From the NCBI RefSeq assembly GCF_056712565.1, contig NZ_CM160072.1: a stretch of 64,000 bases of DNA; one strand, given 5' to 3'. The notes beneath the pieces were generated by a model that was not told the origin of the DNA, did not search any database, and saw only the letters and a list, made by a program, of their open reading frames with translations. Made by a program: the position numbers and the translations under genes. Shown piece by piece: positions 1 through 11,123 of this stretch. Every line of letters begins with the position of its first letter. Positions within the stretch are counted from its first letter, which is position 1.

Positions 1-394
1 GACCAAGCGTTGGTGCGATTGTTGCTAACTGATTACTGGTTGCGGTGGAACCCAATCCACCTGTTGCTTCCGCTGCCGCCAGACTCTGATAGCGAGCCTG
101 ACCTGCAAGGTCTTTATACTGCTGAGAGTTGTAATACTGGTTAAGTGCCTGACCTTGCCCTTCCAGAGACGATAAGTTCTCAAGGCTGCCGACATACTTC
201 CCAGCCAGAGGAGTAAACAGCTTCAGGTTGTTCATGATGGTGTTGAACTGCTGATTTTGCAGGTCTGCGGCATACTTCTGAGCTTCTGCTGCATACTTTG
301 CGCTTTTATCAGAACTGCCACCTTTCCCGCCTTTTTCAGGGTAATAAGGTTCCTCGCCGCGCAGTTTTCTGCCCAGCGTAAATGCATATAACAT
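1..394 (-). CDS. P22 gp7-like ejection (internal virion) protein, N-terminal part; gene starts at 394 and runs off the window
   Basis: Minus-strand ATG at 394..392, translates MLYAFTLGRKLRGEEPYYPEKGGKGG...; position after gp14-like gene as in P22; identity from memory. Confidence 0.55.
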   Translation of the reverse strand, partial: MLYAFTLGRKLRGEEPYYPEKGGKGGSSDKSAKYAAEAQKYAADLQNQQFNTIMNNLKLFTPLAGKYVGSLENLSSLEGQGQALNQYYNSQQYKDLAGQARYQSLAAAEATGGLGSTATSNQLATIAPTLG

Positions 395-396
395 GG

Positions 397-852
397 CTAT
401 CTCCCGTGATTCAGGAAGTCGATTAGTTCTTCGCGTGTGGCGCTGTAAAACGTCACGTCATCCACGCCTTTGAAGTATTTCTTGATGGTTCCTACACGCT
501 TAAGGCCAATCATTGCGCAGTACATCTGCCCGTGGCGGAATTTGCGTGCAGCAAATGATGTGACGCACTGAACGGTGGTGTTGGTCAGAATGTATCGCCA
601 GAACGCCAGCCCTATTTCCTTGCTGAAGCCGCGAATCTCTGGCAGGTACATGGCGTGGCAATCGAATGTAAGCGGCTGAATCTCCTGATAGTAAACAATG
701 CCGCCAAACTGACCGTGCACGTTCACCTCAAAGTAACGGCAATCAGGTTTGTAGTCGTATCCATCACCGTTGTTGCTCCCGGCGATGATGTCAGGGTGAT
801 TTCCTACTGCTTCGATCAGGTCGATGTTTCGCGTTGGTTTGAATGTAATCAT
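397..852 (-). CDS. P22 gp14-like virion/ejection-associated protein
   Basis: 151-aa ORF; start overlaps stop of tail-needle gene; follows gp26 as in P22 gene order. Confidence 0.5.
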   Translation of the reverse strand: MITFKPTRNIDLIEAVGNHPDIIAGSNNGDGYDYKPDCRYFEVNVHGQFGGIVYYQEIQPLTFDCHAMYLPEIRGFSKEIGLAFWRYILTNTTVQCVTSFAARKFRHGQMYCAMIGLKRVGTIKKYFKGVDDVTFYSATREELIDFLNHGR

Positions 853-1553
853 CAGTCAATCAGCCCATGTAATCTAAGTGCTGTTTCAAGCGCCAGAATA
901 CGCTGCCGCGCCTGCTCCAAACCTGTAGCGATAGCTGCGACTTCGGATTGTGTGTACGTAGTGCCGACCGTGTATGACTGGTTAGCGTTGAATGAGCCAA
1001 GAAGTGGTGTGCCTGTGGCCGCTGTCCATCCGGTCTGCCTTGCTCCAACGACCTGAATTCCATCAACTGAATATGATGTTTTTACATCCAGCGGTGACGC
1101 AAGAGACTGCGATTCTGTTACGGTTTTCGATACGTAATCACTCTTAATGTCAGATATATCGCTTTCTACGCCATCCAGTCTTTGGTCAACAGTGACCAGA
1201 TGCGCCTGAATATCGATAACCTCATCCAGCAAGTAATCAACATCGCTACGCAGTACAACTATCTTCCCTTCGGCGGTTGTTAACCTGACCTCAAGGAGAT
1301 TTATCGCTTTTGTGTTTGCGGTGATTCTTGCATCGTGGTCAGCCAGTTCGACATCCTGTTCATCGTTTTTCACCTGAGCATCGTAAGCGCCCTGACCAGC
1401 CTGATTTGCTTTCCCGGCAATTGCGCCGACATCAGCCCCCTGATTAATGACATACAGCAGGTAAGACTGGCTGAATATATTGCGTGGAAGGATTGATGTA
1501 TCGAGCCGCGTCGCCTGCACAATAACAGGGGTGTTGAGATTCGAATCAGCCAT
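852..1553 (-). CDS. Tail needle protein (P22 gp26-like)
   Basis: Internal start [25 protein letters not shown]... closely matches recalled P22 gp26 N-terminus; ATGA overlap with upstream gene at 1553; 233 aa. Confidence 0.8.
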   Translation of the reverse strand: MADSNLNTPVIVQATRLDTSILPRNIFSQSYLLYVINQGADVGAIAGKANQAGQGAYDAQVKNDEQDVELADHDARITANTKAINLLEVRLTTAEGKIVVLRSDVDYLLDEVIDIQAHLVTVDQRLDGVESDISDIKSDYVSKTVTESQSLASPLDVKTSYSVDGIQVVGARQTGWTAATGTPLLGSFNANQSYTVGTTYTQSEVAAIATGLEQARQRILALETALRLHGLID

Positions 1554-2971
1554 TACTCGATCCTTATCTGGCAGCCAGACAGAGTGACAGGTGACTTCGT
1601 GATAACGCGCAATTTGAAGCCGACATTTTTCCTGATGCGCCCGACTCGCTTCCACAAAACGCGTTTGTCGTAAACAAACGGTTCATTCTGCTCAATCATC
1701 TGCTCACGACCGTAATTGATGCCGTCAGTGGTTGCAGAGAGAAAAAGGCGGTCGGCGTACTGCGCAACGCCAGTTGAAGATTCAACTTCAAGGTCGAAAA
1801 CTCTGGCGTTATCCGCTTTGAACAGAGGAGTAAACAGCAGATGCTCCTGTTGCTTGTCGTACTGGCTGCTGATGTCGAATTGCAATTTCCCGGTCACGGA
1901 CTCCAGCTTATCGCCGCACGTTATCTGATTGCCTTCGTAAATGAAGTCGATAGCGCGGTACACATCGTCATACAGACCTGTTTTCAGTACACACCATTGC
2001 GGAGCATTGGCGCTTGAAGATGCGTCGTATACGAGGACATGGCGCGGAAGATGGATAATCAGCAGCTCATGCGCATCAAATCGCAGAGACTCCATCACAC
2101 CATCAGCCAGTTCATCAGCAGTGTAGGAGCGAAGAATTTTCTCAATGCTCGCGCTGGCGATTGGTGACACCTGCCCGGAACCGATGATGTATACAGACGG
2201 CGCACCTGTTGCCGGATTGCTGATGAACGCATAGGAATCAGCGAATGGCGTTTTGCAATAGGTTCCGGCGATGCCTTTTTGCACCATCAGTGATGGCTGT
2301 GCGACATACAAAGCAGCACCAACGGTGGTTGCGCCAGTCAGGGAGAAATATTCAATAGTCGATGAACCAAAGCAGACGATGAAGTCTCGCCATGTCCCGA
2401 TACCGATGATGCCGTCCGGCTGCGATTCTGCGCGATATTGTGCACTGTATCGGTCAGGGTGCGATTCGTCTTCAAGGTCAGTGATAAACCATGAATCAGT
2501 TCCGTCTTTTGACCACGCATAACGCCCACGTAAGCGAGTAATGTCGCGAACTGAACCTAACTCATACTGCGTGAATCCACTGTCTGTAGGCCAGTTTGAG
2601 ACGGTTTTAACCGTGCCATCATAACGATACTCGACCAGTTGACCATTAACGCCTACAGCCTGTGATGTTCGACCATGCGCCATTGATACGCGACCACTTC
2701 CGGCGACGTCACCGACTTCGCTTTCTCCTTTGTACAGCTTGCCGCCACACACGCGATAAACAGCACTCTGCGCCATGTTGTACTCGACGCCGCGCGATAT
2801 ACCATTCACATCAGAACGTTTGGCAATGCCCGGGAATGAGCGAAGATATCCGCTGCTGTTCAGGATTTCTTTGGGCGTAGCCAACATATTCACTGGCAGA
2901 TAGTCGATATAGTCGGCGTTTCGAAAGTCTTTGCCGACACCTTTCATAAGCGGAAGTTGCTGAATCGGCAT
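1553..2971 (-). CDS. Tail hub / head-completion protein (P22 gp10-like)
   Basis: 472-aa ORF, same length as P22 gp10, located between gp4-like and gp26-like genes. Confidence 0.7.
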   Translation of the reverse strand: MPIQQLPLMKGVGKDFRNADYIDYLPVNMLATPKEILNSSGYLRSFPGIAKRSDVNGISRGVEYNMAQSAVYRVCGGKLYKGESEVGDVAGSGRVSMAHGRTSQAVGVNGQLVEYRYDGTVKTVSNWPTDSGFTQYELGSVRDITRLRGRYAWSKDGTDSWFITDLEDESHPDRYSAQYRAESQPDGIIGIGTWRDFIVCFGSSTIEYFSLTGATTVGAALYVAQPSLMVQKGIAGTYCKTPFADSYAFISNPATGAPSVYIIGSGQVSPIASASIEKILRSYTADELADGVMESLRFDAHELLIIHLPRHVLVYDASSSANAPQWCVLKTGLYDDVYRAIDFIYEGNQITCGDKLESVTGKLQFDISSQYDKQQEHLLFTPLFKADNARVFDLEVESSTGVAQYADRLFLSATTDGINYGREQMIEQNEPFVYDKRVLWKRVGRIRKNVGFKLRVITKSPVTLSGCQIRIE

Positions 2972-2980
2972 TTATTCACC

Positions 2981-3442
2981 TCACGTACTCGGATCATCTT
3001 TCTCGATGTAAAACCGATTCCACGTAAACGCGCTTTTGTTACCACTACCGCGAGGCATGTCATTTCGCCGCTCAAGTGGTGGTATTTTGGTTAAAGCGAT
3101 ACAGATTGTCTGATATGCACTGTCAGCAGCGGTAAGGAGAGCGTCTGACGGCTGAATGACGTTATCCATGCACACTTGCACAGCGAGTTTCAAAGCGACG
3201 CCATCATTTGCCCATGCAGGGATGCCTGAATCATCGTCAGGTAACGGCATGATGCCGTTTTCTGTATCAGCAAACTGATACCCAAGCTCGATACCTTTCG
3301 CCTGCCATGCTGCCATCATGTCTTCGAGGTCATTAATGGCATCTTCAATTGCCTGAGGGTCAGCATCTGTCAACGTGGCATTGGAATACAGCCCGGCTTT
3401 TCGTAAAGCCTTTAGAACGAGATCACCCTTCGTTTTCGCCAT
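2981..3442 (-). CDS. Tail adaptor / head-completion protein (P22 gp4-like)
   Basis: 153-aa ORF immediately downstream of coat gene region, as in P22. Confidence 0.55.
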   Translation of the reverse strand: MAKTKGDLVLKALRKAGLYSNATLTDADPQAIEDAINDLEDMMAAWQAKGIELGYQFADTENGIMPLPDDDSGIPAWANDGVALKLAVQVCMDNVIQPSDALLTAADSAYQTICIALTKIPPLERRNDMPRGSGNKSAFTWNRFYIEKDDPST

Positions 3443-3611
3443 CTTCTTCCGCCTTAGCCACTTTTTGCTTCGTTGCGGTTTCTTCAGGAGTTTTTACCCA
3501 ACCTTTTTTCAGGTGAGATTTAACTTCTTCGTCATCAACAATGATGTAATCGACAGCAAACTGACCGCAGGTGATCATGTTGCCTGGCTTATAGAGCATT
3601 GTTCGTGCCAT
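3423..3611 (-). CDS. Small hypothetical protein between coat and gp4-like genes
   Basis: 62-aa ORF from internal ATG at 3611 with GGGAGAAG Shine-Dalgarno; overlaps gp4-like start by 20 nt. Confidence 0.3.
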   Translation of the reverse strand: MARTMLYKPGNMITCGQFAVDYIIVDDEEVKSHLKKGWVKTPEETATKQKVAKAEEDGENEG

Positions 3612-3652
3612 TGTCTTCTCCCAATAAAAATGGGGCCGAAGCCCCACCAAAA

Positions 3653-4906
3653 TTACTGCCCAGCAATAACGATGCCCGTATATTCAGGAACCAGTACAGA
3701 GCAACCGTACAGAGTGGTGAAACGCGCAGTGGTTACGCCTTTGATGTGGTCGAAGGAGTAAGACATGATCAGCGTAGCGCCCTGCTCGGTGGTTGCTGTC
3801 ATTACCTGTGGACCCTGACCAGTTGGGAACGCCAGTTTGCCGTACATCAGTTCAACAGAACCATCAGCCCAGAACAGGTTAGCAGGTGCTGCGTTCTTGT
3901 TGAGAATGGTGATTGCTGCTGATTCTGCCGGTTTGGCATCGACGTTTGCATATGGACGACTCGCAACATCAGTATTTTCAACAGGGAGAATCTTTGGAGA
4001 AATTGTTACGGTAGTTCCGCTAACAGCCAGAACACGGAATACCTGCGGTTGACCGGTGGTATCTTTTGTGATCTGGTGTACGGAATTCACACCGGCAATG
4101 GTGAACGCATCACCAACCTGCAAGCCAGATGCAGATACCGTAATAGTCCCCTGTCGGTTATCAACTGGCATACCATTTGAATCTTTCGCTTCAACCTTGT
4201 GTTCAGGTTGGCCTGATACTGTCAAGGATTCAGTGCTTCCTTTCGGTAATCGACCAGAAATATCGGTCTTGTAGCTATCAAAGGAAGCAACCGGAGGGAT
4301 CTGCGCTTTTTCGTATGCTGTCAGGGTTGCGCCCTGAGCGTAGGCTCGGTGACCAAGCTCGCCAGCAAGGTCTTTGTAGTTGAAGGGGTTCCAAAAAGAG
4401 CGGCGGTTGATACCCTGTGGCACACCAATCGCCGTCATGGTGGCATCAATACCTGCCGCACAGTTCCACAAATCACGGCCCTGTGAACCAGTGGTTGAGT
4501 CAGCCATTGTGATCACGTTAGTAGCACGCTGCGTGACCATGGAAATCAGGTCAGAGTCAATCTGTGCAGCAAGGCGCATACCTGCGGCGCGACCAGCTTC
4601 AGTTTTATGCTCAGGGTCACGCATTTCACGCGCATCCAGAGTGTACAGAATGTTTTTCGGCTCCTTGAACACTGAAGGAACAAGGCGCTGAACCAGTGCT
4701 GTTGGCGTTTTGCTGCTGAGGTCGAGGCCTTCCTCAATGTTCATGTGGTAATGCTGCGGACGATACAGAACATCACCTGCTCGCTGCATTGCTGTATCAC
4801 CGGGACGGAATTTTTTAGCGTTACGGGAAACTACGCAGGCGGCCTCAAAGCCTTCAACGTAGTTTTCGAACATGATTTCAAGGTCTTTTGCTAATTGGTT
4901 ATCCAT
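3653..4906 (-). CDS. Major coat protein (P22 gp5-like)
   Basis: 417-aa ORF; C-terminal half shares motifs with recalled P22 coat (FAGV, NxFWADD, SxP); follows scaffold gene. Confidence 0.85.
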   Translation of the reverse strand: MDNQLAKDLEIMFENYVEGFEAACVVSRNAKKFRPGDTAMQRAGDVLYRPQHYHMNIEEGLDLSSKTPTALVQRLVPSVFKEPKNILYTLDAREMRDPEHKTEAGRAAGMRLAAQIDSDLISMVTQRATNVITMADSTTGSQGRDLWNCAAGIDATMTAIGVPQGINRRSFWNPFNYKDLAGELGHRAYAQGATLTAYEKAQIPPVASFDSYKTDISGRLPKGSTESLTVSGQPEHKVEAKDSNGMPVDNRQGTITVSASGLQVGDAFTIAGVNSVHQITKDTTGQPQVFRVLAVSGTTVTISPKILPVENTDVASRPYANVDAKPAESAAITILNKNAAPANLFWADGSVELMYGKLAFPTGQGPQVMTATTEQGATLIMSYSFDHIKGVTTARFTTLYGCSVLVPEYTGIVIAGQ

Positions 4907-4924
4907 GCTTAATGCTCCGATAGG

Positions 4925-5818
4925 TTATTTTTTTGCCTTTTTAGCGGCGAAATACGGCGTCCAGTCACCAGTTTCCAGCGCCTTGGCTTTCAATTTGTCG
5001 AGGTTGTTGATTACTGCGCCGTTGCTCCCCTTAACCGTCGGGGTTGTGGCTGCCGTGGTTTTTGCTTTTGGCATGATTCTGGCCTTCGATTCGATACGTT
5101 CCAGCAGACGACCAATTGCTACGGGGTTGGTAGCTTCTGCCAGTTGCTTGCGCAGTTCAGCGTTGCGACCAAGCGCCAGAACAACGATTTCCGGCTTCTC
5201 TGACTCAAACAGGATCGCGTTTTGTGTCTCGATGGGGATTTCCTCGAGTACGGCCTGCTCAGCTTCCTGATAGCCAGGAACTTTGAGAGCCTTAACACGT
5301 TGCTGATATTTGGATAATCGCTCTTGATAGGCAGCCTGAAGCTCCTGCTCCTTCTGCTTGCGAGCCATCTCCTGTTGCTGGTACTTGCCATTATCCTCTG
5401 CCCACTTAGCCATGCGTTGCTGGTAGATTTCTTCATCGAAACCGATGTCCTCATCATCCAGTTTTGGCATTCGCGGTGGTTGAGTGATTACCGGCTGCTG
5501 CTCGACGGGTTTCTGAGACTGACGCATCAGCTCTTTCAGCTCGCGGTCTTTCTCTTTAATCGTCTTGCGCAGGTGTTTTACCAGTCCATGCTCAGCGCCA
5601 TCTTCGCTGGTTGGCGAATCCAGCTTTTCGTCACCAAAGTAGAATTCCTGTTCTGATTCGTCGTCATCAGTTTCAGTAGCCTCCTCTGCATCATTGCCTG
5701 AGGACTCACTGCCATCTTCTGTTTCGACTTTTTCAGCCAGTTCGACATCATCAGGAATCTGCTCTGACGCGTCGGTTTCGATTTCAACTTCTGGTGTGTT
5801 TTCTGCCATCTGGTCCAT
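4925..5818 (-). CDS. Scaffolding protein (P22 gp8-like)
   Basis: 297-aa ORF, highly acidic N-terminus and charged helical composition, between portal and coat. Confidence 0.7.
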   Translation of the reverse strand: MDQMAENTPEVEIETDASEQIPDDVELAEKVETEDGSESSGNDAEEATETDDDESEQEFYFGDEKLDSPTSEDGAEHGLVKHLRKTIKEKDRELKELMRQSQKPVEQQPVITQPPRMPKLDDEDIGFDEEIYQQRMAKWAEDNGKYQQQEMARKQKEQELQAAYQERLSKYQQRVKALKVPGYQEAEQAVLEEIPIETQNAILFESEKPEIVVLALGRNAELRKQLAEATNPVAIGRLLERIESKARIMPKAKTTAATTPTVKGSNGAVINNLDKLKAKALETGDWTPYFAAKKAKK

Positions 5819-5908
5819 TTGTTACCCCTGTTTACTCGATGTTCAGCCCATCGGAAGGCAATAGGGTGCCAGGCCTCATAAAGACAGCCATTGCACGTTA
5901 TGGGTTAA

Positions 5909-8107
5909 TTACTGCTGTGGTTGTTGCTGAGTTGATTTTTGCAGGATGCTGCTGATGTCCATGCGCTGCGCATGGCCCTGTGCCTGACTTTTCAGGACAA
6001 GCTCTGCATCAGCACGGGCATTGTCTCCTTGCTGTTGCTGGAACTGTCCGAGCAGTTTCAGAGCCTCGCGGATATCAGATTTCTGCTGGCTATCGGCAGA
6101 TGCGAGGATTTTCACAACATTTGCCGCTGCAACCTGAGCATCAGTCTGTGCCTGGAATGCTTTAACCTGAATGGCTGCCTGCTCGTTCTGCGCTTTCTGC
6201 AATTCAGCCTGACCAGCAAGAAGCTGACCTTGCGCAGCAACCATAGCCGGATCTGGCTGACTGGCCTGTTGTTGTTTCGCCTGCTCAACCATCTGCTGTT
6301 CTTCTGGCGTTCTCGGCTTGATAACTCCAGACAGAAGCAACTGATTGCGGTTGTATTCTTTAAGGTCGTCCATCCCTTCGCCGTCCATATTGTCGAGGAT
6401 CATCGACGATACAAGGTCGTGTTTCGGCGTTCCGGGCGGGATAAGTGCCAGCATGGAAAGTAACGACTTAACCGTTGCGTCACGGCGAGTAGCGAACGAC
6501 TGACCGACATCGACAGTCACTTCATAGTTACCCTGCGAAAGGTCGTTAAGCGCGATAACCTGCCCTGTCTGACGGTCAACCACTTCACCAGTCATCAGCG
6601 CCACGTCATCGCTGCCGTCCTCATTAACGATACGCATCGGCGTATCGCTGCCATAGACTTCACGAGCCATAGAAAGCCACACAACGCCAGCGCGACGCAT
6701 GGATTTAGCCATGTTGTCCATGTAGATATAGGACTGCGTATCCATCCGGTTAAAGATGCTATCAACGGTATCGGTAGCAACGTTGCTCGGCATGTTCTCA
6801 AGCTGCGACGCACCTGTAATTTGCTGAATAGCCGTTCCGGTGTACTGCAATAGCCCGGCAAGAGCTGGAGGCATTTGTGTCGGAGGCGTATAACTGCTGA
6901 CCTGAGCCTGCGCAGTAATATCTCCGTTTTTGTTTTTCAGACTGACCATCGGCAGGAACGCCGGGCGCTTTTTGTTGCGCTCCGCCCAATGAGTGGCGAG
7001 AGGACCAGGAATCATGTCAACATCAACTACAGGAATGCCATCACCGCCAGCCTGAGTAGCGTTATCTGCAATCATGGAAACCATCAGGTTCTCAAGACGC
7101 TGTGCATCCATCGCTTTTGCTGCGTGGCCTTCGATTCGTTCCTGATTATCAACAAATGAGCGACGTCCATATACCGGGATGAGAGGAATATGTTCGCCCG
7201 GAATACGCTTCGGTTCTTCCAGCCATTCAGCGCCAGACAGAAGGCCGCAATAAACGCGGCGTTTCTTCACCGTTCGCTCGCCAATCAGTTCGAATGCACC
7301 ATCGGTCAGCTCGTCGACAATATCTTTGATTTGCTCTTCATCATAGATTGCCGTTTCTCCGCTAACAGGGTTGCGCCATGCCGTGAGCTTCACCTTCTCT
7401 ATGCGAACTTCGTAGTAGCGCCCAACATAGATGGCATCTGGCGTTGACCAGTCATATTGAGTGCCAGTCTCATCACGAGAAAGGCCTGCCGCGATGGAAT
7501 CAGGGTATTCAGCCTCGAACGCTTTAGGCGTCATGGAGAACATTTCCATAGCCCACATAGCATCAGAACGGTCATATTGCTTGCTGTCCTGATCGAAGAA
7601 GACGCATGTCGCTGGGTCGTAAACAGGAAGAAGGCTGATGCGTCGCTGCTCGTTACTTGGGTCCATTTCATCTTCGTAATCGGCACACATGCGGAAACAA
7701 CCGAATCCGCCCGTTACAGCATCATCAAATGCGTTATCACACGCTTCGCCACCTGATGTTTCCTGATAGTCAGCGCGGAATTTGCCGTTCATCTTTTTGG
7801 CTAACGCTTCCGATGCCTTGTCATCCTTCGGCCTGAATTTAACGCTGATGCGATTCTGTCGATACTCGCCAATGATGCGATCACATTCACGGGCAATCTT
7901 ATTCAGTTCAAAGCGCGGGTAATGCTCAAACCTGCCTTCATCAAATGAGTAACCAGCGTTTGTGCTGCCTTCCCACTGTGCGCCGGATACCCGGACGAAA
8001 CGTTGAGCCTCAATAATCTGCTCACGCATATCCTGCGTTGCTGACCAGGCATTATCAAAGTTGCACAGCACCTTGCGATGCCAGTCAGTCATCTTTTTTT
8101 CTGCCAT
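5909..8107 (-). CDS. Portal protein (P22 gp1-like)
   Basis: 732-aa ORF directly downstream of TerL; long Gln/Ala-rich C-terminal helical tail as in P22 portal barrel. Confidence 0.85.
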   Translation of the reverse strand: MAEKKMTDWHRKVLCNFDNAWSATQDMREQIIEAQRFVRVSGAQWEGSTNAGYSFDEGRFEHYPRFELNKIARECDRIIGEYRQNRISVKFRPKDDKASEALAKKMNGKFRADYQETSGGEACDNAFDDAVTGGFGCFRMCADYEDEMDPSNEQRRISLLPVYDPATCVFFDQDSKQYDRSDAMWAMEMFSMTPKAFEAEYPDSIAAGLSRDETGTQYDWSTPDAIYVGRYYEVRIEKVKLTAWRNPVSGETAIYDEEQIKDIVDELTDGAFELIGERTVKKRRVYCGLLSGAEWLEEPKRIPGEHIPLIPVYGRRSFVDNQERIEGHAAKAMDAQRLENLMVSMIADNATQAGGDGIPVVDVDMIPGPLATHWAERNKKRPAFLPMVSLKNKNGDITAQAQVSSYTPPTQMPPALAGLLQYTGTAIQQITGASQLENMPSNVATDTVDSIFNRMDTQSYIYMDNMAKSMRRAGVVWLSMAREVYGSDTPMRIVNEDGSDDVALMTGEVVDRQTGQVIALNDLSQGNYEVTVDVGQSFATRRDATVKSLLSMLALIPPGTPKHDLVSSMILDNMDGEGMDDLKEYNRNQLLLSGVIKPRTPEEQQMVEQAKQQQASQPDPAMVAAQGQLLAGQAELQKAQNEQAAIQVKAFQAQTDAQVAAANVVKILASADSQQKSDIREALKLLGQFQQQQGDNARADAELVLKSQAQGHAQRMDISSILQKSTQQQPQQ

Positions 8108-8108
8108 A

Positions 8109-9524
8109 TCAACCTACACCACAAGGAATTGAGTAACTGGAATAGTCGGGTTGCGCAGCCGACTCCGGGCAATGCATACACATCATCAGCGCATCAGCCA
8201 GGTTAGGAGATGGGATACCGAGCTTCTGCTTCATTTCGACCTTAGTCATAAGCTCCAGTTTCCCGTTATTATTGAATTTGCGCTGAATCTGCGTCAGTTC
8301 TGCAAACAGTTTCTCCAGCATCTTCTCGCCTATCGCTTCTTTGTCGAAGCTCAGCATGTCGTCGGGGTCTGCATACTCACCGTGGACAACCGCCCGATAT
8401 GTCAGATACAGCCTGTCAGCCAGCGCGTAATAGAATTGCGCTCGCTTATTGCGGAATACATCGCCAATAGTGCGAACGTTGTCACCCTGTACGACTTCAT
8501 CAGCCCATGCTCCGGCCTGATACGGAGCATCTTCATCGAATGGCGATTCGCTGCCCTTGAACATCGTGGCGGTAATTTTCTTGCCGGAGAATGCTTCCGT
8601 TGTCTGTCTGCGTAGCCCTGCACCGACACCATCGCCATCCCACAGGTAATGGTCAGCGCCGTCTTCAATCGCCAGCGAAGTAGCCCAGTCAGCACCCTCG
8701 TTGATGTCCATCAGCAGACCTTCGGCAATGCGCTTAACTACCGAACCGTGACGCGATGCATAACCTTTAGCATCTGGCCCTGTATCTGATGGGTCATGCG
8801 CAGAGACAACAGCGCCTTTCGCTTTCCATCCGAGTTTCTTGTGCGCATCGGTTGCGGCTTCAAGCCATTCACGTTTGATGATTGCCATATCACTTGCGCT
8901 TACTGGCTCACCAAGCCAGATGTGACGATACAGTGTCGGGTTTCTGCGTTTACACTCTTCCATCTCCAGACGGAGAACTTCAGGAAAGTGCGGGTTGTCG
9001 GTGTAGTTCACCGTCAGCAGACAAATATCATCGGGAGGGTTTACTACGAATCGCTGATAGGTATCGTCGAGGATGTTTTTCGGGTTGAAGCTCACCCATA
9101 TTTCGGAAAATGGCTTGCGGATGGTTGGTATCAGGATATCCCATGATTCCTTCGTTACCGCTTCCGCTTCCTCCACCCAGCAGATATCAATGCCTTCGAG
9201 CGATTTAATCTTCGTCGGGTTGTTTTTGATGCCGTAGAACATGAACTCAGCATTCGTCCCGAGATGACGAATCATGGAACGCTGAATTTCAAACTCAGCC
9301 GTATACCCTTCACGCTCTATGGTGTCTTCAAGCAGCCGGATTACCGAATCGCTGATACTGTTTTGCAGTTCACGAGCGCAGAGAATACGCACTGGCTGCC
9401 GACGCGCCGCTTCAACAAGCAGTCTCGCAATTGCCCATGATTTACCGCTACCTCGACCGCCTTTGGCGACTTTGTAGCGATGCGCCTCAATGAACGGTTC
9501 AAAGATAGGATTAATCGAGGTCAT
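8109..9524 (-). CDS. Terminase large subunit
   Basis: 471-aa ORF with Walker A (KGGRGSGKS) near N-terminus; overlaps TerS stop by 4 nt. Confidence 0.9.
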   Translation of the reverse strand: MTSINPIFEPFIEAHRYKVAKGGRGSGKSWAIARLLVEAARRQPVRILCARELQNSISDSVIRLLEDTIEREGYTAEFEIQRSMIRHLGTNAEFMFYGIKNNPTKIKSLEGIDICWVEEAEAVTKESWDILIPTIRKPFSEIWVSFNPKNILDDTYQRFVVNPPDDICLLTVNYTDNPHFPEVLRLEMEECKRRNPTLYRHIWLGEPVSASDMAIIKREWLEAATDAHKKLGWKAKGAVVSAHDPSDTGPDAKGYASRHGSVVKRIAEGLLMDINEGADWATSLAIEDGADHYLWDGDGVGAGLRRQTTEAFSGKKITATMFKGSESPFDEDAPYQAGAWADEVVQGDNVRTIGDVFRNKRAQFYYALADRLYLTYRAVVHGEYADPDDMLSFDKEAIGEKMLEKLFAELTQIQRKFNNNGKLELMTKVEMKQKLGIPSPNLADALMMCMHCPESAAQPDYSSYSIPCGVG

Positions 9525-9961
9525 TTTCCGAATAGAGTACTCATCGGTGATGTTTCAATCTGGATTGCGCCGCCGTCTTTGCCTGTTAGCTCGTGATCAA
9601 CCTTGTCGCGCCATTTATCCTTCTGTCGGTTCTTAAGCCAGAAGATGGCAGCTGTTGTATCAGGCGGGTAATACTTCTCAAGAGGAGTTTCGACAATTCT
9701 GTTTTCAATAACACGAATATCGATGTCTGGAGCCACGAAGCCCATAGCGCGTTGATAAAGACGGTCACTAACTTCTGCATCAGCGACGGCCTTACCCTTT
9801 TTTATGGACTCCGAAAACTCAGGATAATCAAGCTTCCACTTGTTAATAGTTGACTCACTGACTTCGAAGAAATCAGCAAGCTCTGCATCGGTGTAGCCCA
9901 GCAAGCACAGTTTGCGTGCCTGTTCGGCATACGCCTCTTGATACTTTGTTGGGCGCGCCAT
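9521..9961 (-). CDS. Terminase small subunit
   Basis: 146-aa ORF immediately upstream of TerL with HTH-like N-terminus (YTDAELADFFEVSESTINKW). Confidence 0.7.
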   Translation of the reverse strand: MARPTKYQEAYAEQARKLCLLGYTDAELADFFEVSESTINKWKLDYPEFSESIKKGKAVADAEVSDRLYQRAMGFVAPDIDIRVIENRIVETPLEKYYPPDTTAAIFWLKNRQKDKWRDKVDHELTGKDGGAIQIETSPMSTLFGK

Positions 9962-9963
9962 GT

Positions 9964-10206
9964 TTATGCTCCGGTGGTGAACAGGTCTAACGCTTCCTTC
10001 GATTTACGCACCGCTTCGATAGTGCGGGTCGTGATATCTGAATTAGCGCCGCCTGACTGGAAGTGAATTTTGAATAGCTCAAGCTTCAGTTCGTCAGTGC
10101 CAATGAACTGAAATGCTTCCTCTGCGGCTGCGTTCTGGTTCATGACCAGCTTGTAAATCTCTAACTGGAATTTCTGTTCTTCAGTCATGGGAATAATCTC
10201 TGCCAT
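9964..10206 (-). CDS. Hypothetical protein (80 aa) upstream of terminase
   Basis: ORF with GGAG Shine-Dalgarno 9 nt upstream of ATG; P22-like phages carry a small ORF here (memory, low certainty). Confidence 0.45.
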   Translation of the reverse strand: MAEIIPMTEEQKFQLEIYKLVMNQNAAAEEAFQFIGTDELKLELFKIHFQSGGANSDITTRTIEAVRKSKEALDLFTTGA

Positions 10207-10433
10207 TGTTGGCTCCGTTTATCCGTTAAAAGGGATATCAGTTAAGTTATCCCGTGTAGGGTATAAGCCATTGTCGAGACCACTCATTGAATGGTCTCTG
10301 CAATAACCGATGTCTTTCCATCAGTCCGCCACCACAAAGAATCTTTTTTGCCATAAGGCAGGAGGTTCATCTTTCAGTGGCTGCCAGTGTTATTTCCCCA
10401 CTTTCTGGCTTGGGTTGTTTCGCTGTACTGCCG

Positions 10434-11045
10434 TTAATTGGTGAGTCCGGGGATTACGGTTTGCCCGTGCTGTTCAAGGCGTTCAATTCTCGCCAGTAGC
10501 TGAGGCTTCTTAATTTTTCCCCAGCGATTAAGCAGGCGGCCTGACATGCTGGCAACATCCTTCTCTTTCATGTACTCCAGCATTACGGCATTTCTCTCTT
10601 CTTCAAATTGACGATGACCAACCTGAAGCATGGCGTACATCCAGTTGAATGCGTTGATGTAAGCAATTTTGATACGCATTGCTTCTTTTTTGGTGTAGGA
10701 CATAACCAAAAGCATCAACCCATCCTTGCGGAGACGGTAGAATTTTTGCGGCTTACCATTCTGTAACTCATTGTTTTTATAGCAAAGCTCAAAGTTGAGC
10801 TTTGTATCAAACTCAGGAGGGCAAGCTTCTATGGTTCGTTCAATGTCACGAACCACGTTCTTCGGCAGCTTTCCAAATGCTTTTGCCACCATAAAAGAAT
10901 CTGTAACCGGATCGTTGTTTGCTACAAAAATTAGGTCTCTGAAATCTATATCGTTAACAACGGTTGGGTAGTTCATTGCGTCTTTACCTTTTAGAAAGAT
11001 GAGCCTGTTCGCACAGAAAAGCCGCCCCGAGATGGTCGCCACCAT
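10434..11045 (-). CDS. Rha-family phage regulatory protein (late-region copy)
   Basis: 203-aa ORF; N-terminal segment resembles Rha/ORF6N DNA-binding domain; true start may be internal ATG at 10976. Confidence 0.55.
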   Translation of the reverse strand: MVATISGRLFCANRLIFLKGKDAMNYPTVVNDIDFRDLIFVANNDPVTDSFMVAKAFGKLPKNVVRDIERTIEACPPEFDTKLNFELCYKNNELQNGKPQKFYRLRKDGLMLLVMSYTKKEAMRIKIAYINAFNWMYAMLQVGHRQFEEERNAVMLEYMKEKDVASMSGRLLNRWGKIKKPQLLARIERLEQHGQTVIPGLTN

Positions 11046-11123
11046 ATACGGCAGTTCTCAGGCTCAGCTTTCTGAAAGACTCGGGATTGTTACGCGCTGC
11101 GATGCGCGGTTTACTGCAGATAT

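Noticed and set aside
5939-8615. Plus-strand ORFs inside portal and terminase genes (for example 5939..6463, 8151..8615)
   Set aside because: Antisense to long, well-supported structural genes with no independent signals; typical shadow ORFs.
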